Below the pieces are notes generated by a model. That model did no database searches, was not told the origin of the DNA, and was given only the letters and a program-made list of their open reading frames with translations. 62,404 nucleotides of DNA, taken from a virus. Lineage: Duplodnaviria > Caudoviricetes. The stretch's first letter is position 1; each line of letters begins with the position of its first letter. The position numbers were made by a program, and so were the translations under genes. Of the stretch, positions 42,175 through 51,378 are shown one piece after another. The stretch lies in IMG/VR virus record IMGVR_UViG_3300021963_000133, positions 1 to 62,404 of that record; one strand, written 5' to 3'.

Positions 42175-44040
42175 TTATAAATATTGCATAAAATTTTGAT
42201 ATGTACTGTAATTTTGTAAAATTTCTGATGCTGAAAGTGCTTTATTATATACTCTAGCAACCGCAACTTCTCCTTTAAAATTATGTACACCATCTGTTAA
42301 TCCACTTCCGTATGTACCAACAACGTATGTTGCTGTTGGAATTGTACCTGTTTGCGCTGAACGCCAAACTTCAACACCATTTATATATGCTATACTTGTT
42401 GCACCGTCATATGTACCAACGATATGTGACCATGTGTTATTAGGAATTGAACCATGCGTACTAGAAGGTCTACTACTATTTGTTACATTTGCCCAGTGTA
42501 GTGAATGTGTTGTACCACCATCTTTAGAATCAAATATACCTAAATACATTGTATTATTTGCTGAAATTACTCCACCTCTAACAGTACCGGTACTTACAGG
42601 TTCTGTTGGATTGATCCAAGCCTCACAAGTTATTTGTGAAGATGGTTGATTAGCAAATGTTGGAATATTAATGTAATCATCAGTACCGTCAAAAATAATA
42701 GATCCAGATCTAAAAGTAGGTCCGTTTATTAATGTACCATTGTTACTATTACCTGATAAATCATACATTGCTGTATTTTGTGATCTTGAACCTGCTACAA
42801 ATGGAGTTAGTGTAGAATTAGAACTTTGTTCAATTTGAATATTAGCAATATCTATTTTCATATCTCCAGTATTTGGAAAGAAATATGAAATAAGAGAGTT
42901 GTGTGTTGGTGTGAAAGTAAAACTACGTCTTACCCATTCGCCTTGTGCGCCAGTATATGCTGCAAAACCAAAACCGGATGCTCCAGCAGGACCAGTGTAA
43001 TTGTAATGTTGAAATGAAATATATTGTCCAACTGCAGATGGAGATGCTGCTCTTATATAAAATGAAGTTGTAACTGGTACTCCAATAGTAACAGGAGCAT
43101 CTACGCCATACGCCATACCATCTGTTACTTCTGCTCTAAAAAAGTGTAAACGAATACAATTAGTTACTGGAAATCCAGGAACATTAAAACCGTTTGTTAT
43201 AATCTCTTTAACTAAAGCCGAATTAGGTTGGTGAGGATTTCCAAACCATTTTGTAGGAAAGGAAGATGAGTTAACAGCAACTCTCTGATCTAACCAGAAT
43301 GAGTCATGTACTTTAAATCTTCCGGTTGCAGGATTTAAATATCCTTGGGATCCGTCTTGTGAATCATTATATGCATGTAAACTAAATTGAGTATCTGAGA
43401 TTTTTTTAGCTAGATATTGCGTACCCGCAGTTAATCCTCCTCCTGATGTTTGAGGATTAATAACGTCAAATGATCTAATTACATGTGCGCTTACGGTTGT
43501 TACTATATTACTAGATACAGATGCAATTGCAGGAATATCCCAGTATGTTGCACATCCATTATTTCCACAATATTGATTGGTATTGTACGTACCCCATCCG
43601 TTTCCGGTAGTAGGTAATGAATTAACAGTTGGGTTAGGAATTAAATTAGATGTTGGTTCGCTATTAACAAAACTAGAAACATGAGAACCATCAGCATGGA
43701 AAACTAGACCATTTGTTACAATTTTTTCAAAAGATTGGTTTAACACAACATAGCCGGTTTGAGCTGCAAACCAAGTTAACGCTGCACTAGCACTAGCAAC
43801 ATTAGCTCCTAAACGATTAGCATAACCAACTACTTCATTATCATTTCTTGCAGCAAAAACAACACCAGTAGGACCATATATTGTATATCCTCCAGATGGT
43901 ATCTCAGCACCGTTATAGAAACCTGTTGCTGAACTTGGTCCATCTCCTATATTATTTGGAGTAGTACCAACGGCCCAGTTACCTTTAAAAACAGAATTAG
44001 GCTCTGTTCCTGTTTTATTAATTTTGAATTTATTTGGCAT
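42175..44040 (-). CDS. Virion structural protein with C-terminal LamG/ConA-like domain
   Basis: DLSGNSNNGTL.NG, FDGTDDY, WSHIVGTYDG, YINGV, VYNKALSASEI.QNY. Confidence 0.8.
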   Translation of the reverse strand: MPNKFKINKTGTEPNSVFKGNWAVGTTPNNIGDGPSSATGFYNGAEIPSGGYTIYGPTGVVFAARNDNEVVGYANRLGANVASASAALTWFAAQTGYVVLNQSFEKIVTNGLVFHADGSHVSSFVNSEPTSNLIPNPTVNSLPTTGNGWGTYNTNQYCGNNGCATYWDIPAIASVSSNIVTTVSAHVIRSFDVINPQTSGGGLTAGTQYLAKKISDTQFSLHAYNDSQDGSQGYLNPATGRFKVHDSFWLDQRVAVNSSSFPTKWFGNPHQPNSALVKEIITNGFNVPGFPVTNCIRLHFFRAEVTDGMAYGVDAPVTIGVPVTTSFYIRAASPSAVGQYISFQHYNYTGPAGASGFGFAAYTGAQGEWVRRSFTFTPTHNSLISYFFPNTGDMKIDIANIQIEQSSNSTLTPFVAGSRSQNTAMYDLSGNSNNGTLINGPTFRSGSIIFDGTDDYINIPTFANQPSSQITCEAWINPTEPVSTGTVRGGVISANNTMYLGIFDSKDGGTTHSLHWANVTNSSRPSSTHGSIPNNTWSHIVGTYDGATSIAYINGVEVWRSAQTGTIPTATYVVGTYGSGLTDGVHNFKGEVAVARVYNKALSASEILQNYSTYQNFMQYL

Positions 44041-44115
44041 TATGCTTCAACATTCTATTTTTAAATTTAATTTATATATTTTTAAAACCAGAGTGTTTCT
44101 ACGCTTTAATGTATT

Positions 44116-44358
44116 TTAGTCGACTGTGTCGTATTTTTTAAGCTTGTATTTTTTTAAATATGTTGCTATACAACTTTCGCCAACACAAACTTCATCAAAC
44201 ACATATTCATAAGGCAAGAGTGGTTTCCTTTTTTCTGTTGTAATAATATCATCAACCAAATGGTTTTTGAATACTACCATCTTATATGTCTTTGCTCTCT
44301 CCGATACTCGGTAAACGACTATCACTGGAGGTTTGCTGTTCTTTTCTGATATGCTCAT
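44116..44358 (-). CDS. Hypothetical protein
   Basis: ORF track. Confidence 0.65.
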   Translation of the reverse strand: MSISEKNSKPPVIVVYRVSERAKTYKMVVFKNHLVDDIITTEKRKPLLPYEYVFDEVCVGESCIATYLKKYKLKKYDTVD

Positions 44359-44411
44359 GATTTTGTTTTGTAATCCATTTTGGTTCGTCCCAATAACAAA
44401 AGTGCCAGCCG

Positions 44412-45032
44412 TTATTTTCCAGCTGGGGTTCCAAATGATTCGGCAATAAGGGATTTTCCACGACGGATACGATTTTTAATGGTTTGCAACGGCAAATTGT
44501 ACTTATCAGCTAAGTCTTCATACTTAACCTTGTTGATTAAACGATCAACTATGATTTCACGATAAATTGGTTTCAATTTCTCCATTGCTTTTAAGCAATT
44601 ATCATAACGTGCTTGTAATGCATTGTCTTCGTCAATCATGTCCATTTCAGTACGGAAATCTAATTCTTCGACTAGAGAACCAATAGTTTCTACCACGACA
44701 GTACCACCGTCATTTACTTCTAAACCATACTCTTGTAAGCGAGTTAAAGAAGTCTTTTTGTTACGTTCATTGATATAACCTAAGCACTCATTGAATGCAA
44801 TACGATATAACCAAGTAGTGATTTGATACTGTGGATCGTATTGATCGATTTTGGTCCAAAGTTTAGTCAAAGTATTAACAACAATATCTTCAGTTGCTTC
44901 AGAATCTTTAACGATCTTATTGATATAAGAACGCAATCCTGGTTTAACTTTACGATAAAGGGCTGTGAAATCTTTTTCAGATTTAGTTGCTAAATAGTTT
45001 TCTGTTAATTCTCTGTAAGTTAATTTTGTCAT
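44412..45032 (-). CDS. ECF-type sigma-70 factor
   Basis: Region 2 (TEDIV..W.KIDQYD..TTWLYRIAFN) and region 4 HTH (YEDLA...TIKNRIRRG). Confidence 0.88.
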   Translation of the reverse strand: MTKLTYRELTENYLATKSEKDFTALYRKVKPGLRSYINKIVKDSEATEDIVVNTLTKLWTKIDQYDPQYQITTWLYRIAFNECLGYINERNKKTSLTRLQEYGLEVNDGGTVVVETIGSLVEELDFRTEMDMIDEDNALQARYDNCLKAMEKLKPIYREIIVDRLINKVKYEDLADKYNLPLQTIKNRIRRGKSLIAESFGTPAGK

Positions 45033-45056
45033 GATGAGTTATTGTTTTAATTAATG

Positions 45057-45073
45057 ATATGTAAATATAAACA
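45057..45073 (-). promoter_or_regulatory. Class-I promoter repeat
   Basis: atatgtaaatataaaca. Confidence 0.75.
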
Positions 45074-45140
45074 TAATTTTTCAAACGGTAAAACTTTTTT
45101 GCGATTATTTTGAAAAAAAGTTATTAACATTCACAACTAG

Positions 45141-45665
45141 TTAACTCTCAATATCATTAAAAAGATCCATTATAGAATCTAAAGACTTAGGCTTGTAGCT
45201 CCAGAAGTCACAGGAAACATTGACCATTCTCTTCTTGTGGTCAGTTTTGTATTTCTTATTAGGATAACCAAAGAAGTGGTAATATCCTTTGCTCTTTCCA
45301 GGCCATTCATGAAGAGGCCAGTATGAAAGAGATATTTTATCAGCAGATGAACTAAAAAGAGGTTCAATTAACGCTGCATGATGTGGCATAACTTTACGTT
45401 TTGATAAATCAACAATGGCCGAATCATGTTCACCTTGAACAAAGATGATTGTACCATTTAGTTTTTTAATAACGTCTTCAGCTGTAGTAGGATCCCATGC
45501 AAAATTACCTAACACATAGACAATATCATCGATTTTAACTGTTGAATTCCATGAAGCAATCAAAAAATGATTCATTTCCTCAACCGTCTCGAATGGTCGT
45601 GCAAAATCACGAATAGCGCTTGGTCTCCCAAACTGCTGGTTAGATGTAAAATATATTGTTGGCAT
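45141..45665 (-). CDS. Degenerate calcineurin-like phosphoesterase
   Basis: FTSNQQFG, LGNF, GEHD, HFFGY replace SDxH, GD, GNHD, HGH. Confidence 0.7.
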   Translation of the reverse strand: MPTIYFTSNQQFGRPSAIRDFARPFETVEEMNHFLIASWNSTVKIDDIVYVLGNFAWDPTTAEDVIKKLNGTIIFVQGEHDSAIVDLSKRKVMPHHAALIEPLFSSSADKISLSYWPLHEWPGKSKGYYHFFGYPNKKYKTDHKKRMVNVSCDFWSYKPKSLDSIMDLFNDIES

Positions 45666-46204
45666 TAAACTACTATAAATTTGATGTTGAAATTATCCCA
45701 TAAATTTTCTAAGAATTTCTCTTCAGAAATTCCAGTTTTGGCATTCTTAATTCTGCCATCTTCTGAACAATCAATGAACATGTAAATGATAAAATCGTAA
45801 ACAGTTGAATAAACTAAACTTTGACCAAATCCAGCACGTAAATCGGCTCCTCTGTCTCCACGTTTAATTTCAATTGCAATTTTAACTCCACTGTACTCAA
45901 TACTCATATCTGGTCGATTTGAAGTACCCATGAAAATCATGTTGTGTACAGTTGTATTGACATTACCTTCCCATTTCAACAATGATTTAGCTTTTTCTCT
46001 AGCTAAAGAACTGTCCATGTCTTTTTTCTCGGCAATGAAATTACCTAGACTTTCGACTAGATGTGGGTAGATAAATTGCTTAATTTTATCTTCTGACTGT
46101 TTTTTATAATTGATAGTTCCGAAGACATCTTTGGTAGAAATGCCTTCGGAAATAATATCAACTAATTCGATTCTATTCTTTGATTTACTTGCTAGTTTCA
46201 TCAA
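45665..46204 (-). CDS. PD-(D/E)xK nuclease-like protein
   Basis: RPD...IAIEIK...GQSLVY. Confidence 0.6.
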   Translation of the reverse strand: MMKLASKSKNRIELVDIISEGISTKDVFGTINYKKQSEDKIKQFIYPHLVESLGNFIAEKKDMDSSLAREKAKSLLKWEGNVNTTVHNMIFMGTSNRPDMSIEYSGVKIAIEIKRGDRGADLRAGFGQSLVYSTVYDFIIYMFIDCSEDGRIKNAKTGISEEKFLENLWDNFNIKFIVV

Positions 46205-46763
46205 TTAATTCTTGTACTGCTTCTGCGGTTACTGCTTCTGCAACAGGAACTCCAAATTCAGCGATTCTTTTATCAAGTTCTCCTAATTCAGTATGAAGAG
46301 CTTGTACTTTTTTGTTCTCTTCAGCCATTTCTTTCATAGCTTCTGAAATCTGACCACCAATGTTTGTTAACAATTTGATGTAGTTACGTGCTGATTCAAT
46401 GCCAGTACTTTGTACACTTAACAAAGATTGATACAATGTATTTAAGTCAATTGGCTTTAAATAGATTGTAGAAGCTTCACCTGCTTCTAAAGCACGTTTT
46501 TCTTGTTTTGCTGCTTGTTCTTCAAGAGTAATTCTTTGCTTTTCAGCTTTTAAGTTGTCGTGCAAATTTACCAATAATGCTGAGTTTTTAGAACTCCAAG
46601 CGACATCTTTATTTAAGTGGTTAATAACTTTAGTGATGTTTTGAGTTGATTCAAAATCGATTGCGAATTCTTTCTGAGCTAATTCAGTTTGGAAATCTGC
46701 AACATTCACTTCTAATTCATTACGAAGAGCTTTTAATTCTTCTAAAGTTGTTTCTTTTGCCAT
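46185..46763 (-). CDS. Hypothetical coiled-coil protein
   Basis: ORF track. Confidence 0.7.
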   Translation of the reverse strand: MAKETTLEELKALRNELEVNVADFQTELAQKEFAIDFESTQNITKVINHLNKDVAWSSKNSALLVNLHDNLKAEKQRITLEEQAAKQEKRALEAGEASTIYLKPIDLNTLYQSLLSVQSTGIESARNYIKLLTNIGGQISEAMKEMAEENKKVQALHTELGELDKRIAEFGVPVAEAVTAEAVQELIDETSK

Positions 46764-46787
46764 GTGTAATTATTTATGTTTTATATA

Positions 46788-47267
46788 TTAAAATTTTGGG
46801 TTGTTTATCCGGCAGTCGTAGTTTGTAAAACCTTCGTACTGTTTCTCATCTGCTGCAATTCTGCGTTCCCATGGATCGTGAGTATCTCCACGTCCTGCTA
46901 AACGCTCAGCTCTTACTTCAAATGGTATATCTAAGTAAATAACAAAACATCTTTTACGATATTCTTCTGGTAACATTGCAAGTCCTTCGACGTTAAGAAT
47001 CATTGAATCACAACGTTCAAATTCGTCTTTATGAATTCCATAATAGAATCCAACAAACTCTTGCCATTCAACGAACTGATCACTATCGATCATCTTCTTG
47101 AACTCTTCAACTGTGGTGAAATGATAATCAACACCATCTACTTCTCCAATCCTGGGTGGTCGAGTGGTGTGGGAGACACCATATTTAAATCCTCTATCAA
47201 TTAATATTTTTCTAAAATGATCCTTACCTGATGCAGCCTTACCTACTAATACGATTTTACTATCCAT
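46788..47267 (-). CDS. gmk: Guanylate kinase
   Basis: GKAASGKD, HTTRPPR.GEVDGVDYHF, YYG. Confidence 0.9.
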   Translation of the reverse strand: MDSKIVLVGKAASGKDHFRKILIDRGFKYGVSHTTRPPRIGEVDGVDYHFTTVEEFKKMIDSDQFVEWQEFVGFYYGIHKDEFERCDSMILNVEGLAMLPEEYRKRCFVIYLDIPFEVRAERLAGRGDTHDPWERRIAADEKQYEGFTNYDCRINNPKF

Positions 47268-47281
47268 ATTTCTTATATTGT

Positions 47282-48151
47282 TTAATTTTCTTTTGTTTCA
47301 TATGCCTTTGGACTAGGCATTCCGCTATAATGACACCATGTTTCTTCATTAAGCTGTTCCCATTTTGGGTCATACCAAAATCTACGACCCTTTCCATTAT
47401 TATCAATCATGGTTGCCATTGTAGGATTTCCATAACATAACATGAATTCTTTCCAACCTCGTTTAACATCTTCAACTGTCTCAAATATAAATGGGTTCTT
47501 CCAATCTTTAAGTTCTCCACCACCAAGCAAGTATGCTGTTTCTGGAATAGTTCGACAAAGACTAAAAATGCTAGTGTGTTTGGTTAAAGCCTCTCTTGCC
47601 GACATAAAAGGATTAATATCCATTCGATACAAGATTTCAGCTCTAAGATAATTACCAATTCCATTGAACCATTTTTGATTCATTAACACTTCACAAATAG
47701 GTTTATCAAAATCTTTTTTATGTAGATTTGCTTTGATATTTCTGACAAAATCTTGAAATTGTTGGGTTGGATCTGGACCTCTATTATCTGACCAATCTTC
47801 AACTAGTTTCCATTTGCCAAATCTTCGAACATCAACAAAATCAAGGGATCCATTTTCAGATTGAAATCTTAAATGCGAGTGTTTTGAAATGACTCCAGTT
47901 TCGACCCAATTAAAATGGCCTGACATTCCCATTGTCATTAACAATTTTACCTGATGCGGAGAATTGTACTGTGTTAAGGTTAACATTAACTCTTTACCAC
48001 GGCTTTCGGCAGAAATAGTAAAACCATTGAATGGAATTTCAACCTCTTTGCCTTTATGGACCGGATTCTTTTTAACGCTGGTAAAAACTCGATTTTGAGC
48101 TTCTTGATTAATATAATCAGCGGTTAGTCTAAGTTCTGCTAATTCTGGCAT
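47282..48151 (-). CDS. Fpg/Nei DNA glycosylase (zincless-finger type)
   Basis: MPELAE, RGKEL, GMSG, DVRRFG, H2TH NGIGNYLRAEIL; no C4 zinc finger. Confidence 0.9.
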   Translation of the reverse strand: MPELAELRLTADYINQEAQNRVFTSVKKNPVHKGKEVEIPFNGFTISAESRGKELMLTLTQYNSPHQVKLLMTMGMSGHFNWVETGVISKHSHLRFQSENGSLDFVDVRRFGKWKLVEDWSDNRGPDPTQQFQDFVRNIKANLHKKDFDKPICEVLMNQKWFNGIGNYLRAEILYRMDINPFMSAREALTKHTSIFSLCRTIPETAYLLGGGELKDWKNPFIFETVEDVKRGWKEFMLCYGNPTMATMIDNNGKGRRFWYDPKWEQLNEETWCHYSGMPSPKAYETKEN

Positions 48152-48152
48152 A

Positions 48153-48344
48153 CTAGTTTTTTGGATTAATTATTCCTACAATAGCATATAGTACAGCAAT
48201 TGGCCAAATAAGACAAATGATTGTTCTTTCATAATTTGTTAATCGGTACTCTTCAGCTCTAATAATAGACACAAGTACATCAATAATTATATTGACGGCG
48301 ATTCCAATTGCAAAATACATTAAAATGTTATTATAAATATTCAT
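48153..48344 (-). CDS. Small membrane protein
   Basis: 2 TM, WP motif. Confidence 0.65.
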   Translation of the reverse strand: MNIYNNILMYFAIGIAVNIIIDVLVSIIRAEEYRLTNYERTIICLIWPIAVLYAIVGIINPKN

Positions 48345-48765
48345 GTGGAGTTTCTTTTGGTTTCCACCAGTCTTCTAAACTGGCAGTCATAATATTTTTA
48401 TCTTCAAATGCAGTTTCAGCACAAGGTTTACAAAGTGTTGTAATCCATCCTCTGGTTCGGCCAATCTGCTCTTTAGTTCCGCAAGTTTCACAAGTATCGT
48501 AAGAATCTGCTTCGGCTTTTTGAATTATCTTCCAGATTTTCTCATTACCTGAACCAATATAGAATCTCAATCCACCAAATTTTTCTTTAGACTGGTGAAG
48601 TTCTCCATCCCATCCCGCAGCTAAACAATCTTTAATTAACTGTGCAGTTAAATCATACCAACCTTCTCCAAATGAAAAGAAACCAAATGAATCTATTCTC
48701 CTTCCATTCCAACCTGTTAGAGTAACTTCGTTCTGTAAGAAGTTATCAAATTCTTCTCTGGTCAT
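48331..48765 (-). CDS. Hypothetical phage protein (KEKFGGLRFY, zinc ribbon)
   Basis: Q.KEKFGGLRFY, CETCG, TLC. Confidence 0.75.
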   Translation of the reverse strand: MTREEFDNFLQNEVTLTGWNGRRIDSFGFFSFGEGWYDLTAQLIKDCLAAGWDGELHQSKEKFGGLRFYIGSGNEKIWKIIQKAEADSYDTCETCGTKEQIGRTRGWITTLCKPCAETAFEDKNIMTASLEDWWKPKETPHEYL

Positions 48766-49196
48766 ATTGAATTATTTAATATAGTCTTATATTCTTCAGA
48801 CGTTATTTGTTTACTACCAAGTGTGATCCGCTTCATTGTAACTGCGCGTTCATATATTCTATCAATCACTAATTGGTTAGCCTCATTGGTTCCATGCCAA
48901 TCCTGGTATAACTCCAGTCGACCATTTAGTCGTTCATCATTCCATTCGATATTTGCGGCAAATTCTCGGTTTAATAACTCTTGCCGAAGCTGATCAAATC
49001 TGGAATGAATATATTTCAGCTTATTATAAAAGAACTTAACATGTCCAGTTCCTAATGTAAATTGCTGAGGTAACTTTGACAGGTCGACTGGATTCTTTGT
49101 AGCCAACGCTGTAGTTCTTAATATCTCTCGATATTCGGCTACTAGGTGTTGGTCACAAAGAGCAGCAGGTGGGATTGTTGCGTTAATTCTAGTCAT
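48762..49196 (-). CDS. denV: Pyrimidine-dimer DNA glycosylase / endonuclease V
   Basis: MTRIN, L.DQHL.AEYRE, FTLGTGHVKFFYNKL. Confidence 0.92.
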   Translation of the reverse strand: MTRINATIPPAALCDQHLVAEYREILRTTALATKNPVDLSKLPQQFTLGTGHVKFFYNKLKYIHSRFDQLRQELLNREFAANIEWNDERLNGRLELYQDWHGTNEANQLVIDRIYERAVTMKRITLGSKQITSEEYKTILNNSI

Positions 49197-49699
49197 TAGC
49201 AATTAAAACCTTTAATATAAATTTGTAATACATTTAATAACTCTGGTGTTCTAATAGAACTTTTATTATGAGTGTCTAATATTTTTTGCTCAGTTTTAAG
49301 AATCCATGCAATTTTATAATTCTCAATAAGTAACTTATAAACTGTTTCAGAATTTAAATCTTCTAATAGTAAAAGCCTTTGAATTGTTTGTGATATTGGA
49401 ATAATATGTTCGTGGTGAAAAATACCGGTTCCATGGCCAATATCTTTAAGACCTCTTTTTGTTGTTTGGTCTAAATACCCGGTCCACATTAATTTTTCAG
49501 CATCTAATCCAATATTCTCAGCAGCTTCTAATGCAGCTAAAGAATACATGTATGGAATTCCAATATCTCCAGGATATTCAGTAAATTTCCTAATAATTTT
49601 ACTAAGACAATGCTTAAAACAACTATCATTTGGATATTTTCTGAGTCCTATAATTAAAGGAACCATCGACTCGCAGATTAATTTTTGCTTATCAGTCAT
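49196..49699 (-). CDS. Hypothetical protein (HEHIIP motif)
   Basis: ORF track. Confidence 0.65.
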   Translation of the reverse strand: MTDKQKLICESMVPLIIGLRKYPNDSCFKHCLSKIIRKFTEYPGDIGIPYMYSLAALEAAENIGLDAEKLMWTGYLDQTTKRGLKDIGHGTGIFHHEHIIPISQTIQRLLLLEDLNSETVYKLLIENYKIAWILKTEQKILDTHNKSSIRTPELLNVLQIYIKGFNC

Positions 49700-50043
49700 T
49701 AGATTTTACCTAAAGTTCTACGATAATTTGTAGTTGCTCTGTAGATAATTTCTAAACGATCTTCATGTGTTGGAACTAGAATACGTTCAGTTTTTTCTGA
49801 AGTACGAGGATTTCCATACCAATCAATGTATGATATTGGAACTTGTCTAGTTTTATTCAACTGATAAACTGTGTTAACCACATTACCACGCCAATCTCGA
49901 CCTGAATATTTACGACGAACATAACCACTTTCATAACTCATATAATCGCAATTTGTAATTGGGTCATGGAAACATACAGTTCCGTTGTCAGCTTGTCTTT
50001 GGCTTGTTACTTCAATTAATCTAAGAGATTGTGCTTTGTTCAT
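49699..50043 (-). CDS. Hypothetical protein
   Basis: ORF track. Confidence 0.7.
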   Translation of the reverse strand: MNKAQSLRLIEVTSQRQADNGTVCFHDPITNCDYMSYESGYVRRKYSGRDWRGNVVNTVYQLNKTRQVPISYIDWYGNPRTSEKTERILVPTHEDRLEIIYRATTNYRRTLGKI

Positions 50044-50049
50044 GATATT

Positions 50050-50310
50050 TTATTTTTCGTTAATAATTACTTGACCTTCCATTACTCCGTAACCTGATTT
50101 TTCAGTGAAATAATAAGTAGTTGCTTTAGTGGTATCTTTCTTAGTTAAAATCCAAAGACTTGCATCTTTACCTTTCCAAGTAACGTTTACTAAACGGCTA
50201 CCAGGCTCTAAGTTAATAACTTCAGTTCCTCCAAATGATCTTGCCATTTGATTGTCAGTACATGATGCTAATGAGATAGCTGCTACTGCAATAATAAATA
50301 ATTTTTTCAT
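50050..50310 (-). CDS. Lipoprotein
   Basis: LASC lipobox; ARSFGGT, NVTWK. Confidence 0.75.
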   Translation of the reverse strand: MKKLFIIAVAAISLASCTDNQMARSFGGTEVINLEPGSRLVNVTWKGKDASLWILTKKDTTKATTYYFTEKSGYGVMEGQVIINEK

Positions 50311-50330
50311 TTTGTTAATGTTTTAATGTT

Positions 50331-50347
50331 ATATGTAAATATAAACA
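50331..50347 (-). promoter_or_regulatory. Class-I promoter repeat
   Basis: atatgtaaatataaaca. Confidence 0.75.
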
Positions 50348-50389
50348 AAAAACTCGACATAAAAAAATGCCGAGTGATTTATTTTAAAT

Positions 50390-50866
50390 TTATTTTACAT
50401 CTTTCAATTCAGTTCTTAATCGACCAATTGCAGCATCTAGAGTATTATAAACTGGAATGTTGTATCGGCTACAAACAATATCTACGTTGCCTTTACGCCA
50501 AAATTCATCAGGACAACAAACAATCATTTTACCAGAATCAGCATATAAACCAAGTTCTAATAGACTAATTGGACTCTTTGTCTCTGGTGAAAAGTACATG
50601 AAGATAATATCACATACATCTAGCATATTCATTTCCCAATTTACCTGTTTGCTAAACTGTGGATTAGATTCCTTTTGTTCCCAACTAGAATCCCAATCAT
50701 CTCGACGAGGATTCAAAAATGTCAACGCATCTCGATCTTTAAATAATTCAGGTATTACTGATTGCCAATCTTCAGCAGCTCCCATTTCAATAGAACCTGC
50801 TAAGAAAACTGTTACGTCATTGTCGAGATTCCACGTTGGCATTAACGGTGCTTTAATTACTTCCAT
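50390..50866 (-). CDS. Nucleoside 2-deoxyribosyltransferase-like protein
   Basis: FLAGSI, NPRR, QVNWE, SPISLLELG, RKGNV; start MEVIKAP. Confidence 0.85.
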   Translation of the reverse strand: MEVIKAPLMPTWNLDNDVTVFLAGSIEMGAAEDWQSVIPELFKDRDALTFLNPRRDDWDSSWEQKESNPQFSKQVNWEMNMLDVCDIIFMYFSPETKSPISLLELGLYADSGKMIVCCPDEFWRKGNVDIVCSRYNIPVYNTLDAAIGRLRTELKDVK

Positions 50867-51131
50867 CTTGTGTGTTTTTATGTATCGGGTTTTTACAATT
50901 GCCTTTGTGAGATCCCCATTGCATTTTACCAACGCCAACAACAATATATTCACAGCCTTCAAGAGTATAGACACTGTAATTCTGATCCCAGTAGCGTGAA
51001 GCATTATCAAGCTCCATTCGATGAGGATCTGGTTTATTTGAAACTTGTACAGTACCTTCACAACTTGTAACCAAAAAGGTTACAATCGCTGCGAAGATTA
51101 ATATTAATAATGTTATATTCTTTCTATTCAT
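50853..51131 (-). CDS. Lipoprotein
   Basis: Start MNRKNIT; VTSC lipobox; HKGNCKNPIH. Confidence 0.72.
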   Translation of the reverse strand: MNRKNITLLILIFAAIVTFLVTSCEGTVQVSNKPDPHRMELDNASRYWDQNYSVYTLEGCEYIVVGVGKMQWGSHKGNCKNPIHKNTQDGSN

Positions 51132-51376
51132 TTTTCTAATTTTTTTGAGATAAACATAAGACCATTCCAAACCAGTTTTAAAATCATCATAAACCAAAAT
51201 AAAGGCCACGCAAAACTCATAGTTGTATAAGCCTCTGAATTTGACTCATAATCATCAGGCCATAAATCTTTTGGATCTGTGTTATCATAATGGTCAAGGT
51301 CTAATTGCTTTTTATAGGTATGCATCGCCCAAAGCGATGCAAAATACCCTATAATATAAATTGCTATGAAAATCAT
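51128..51376 (-). CDS. Membrane protein
   Basis: Hydrophobic, WP motif. Confidence 0.65.
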   Translation of the reverse strand: MIFIAIYIIGYFASLWAMHTYKKQLDLDHYDNTDPKDLWPDDYESNSEAYTTMSFAWPLFWFMMILKLVWNGLMFISKKLEK

Positions 51377-51378
51377 GG

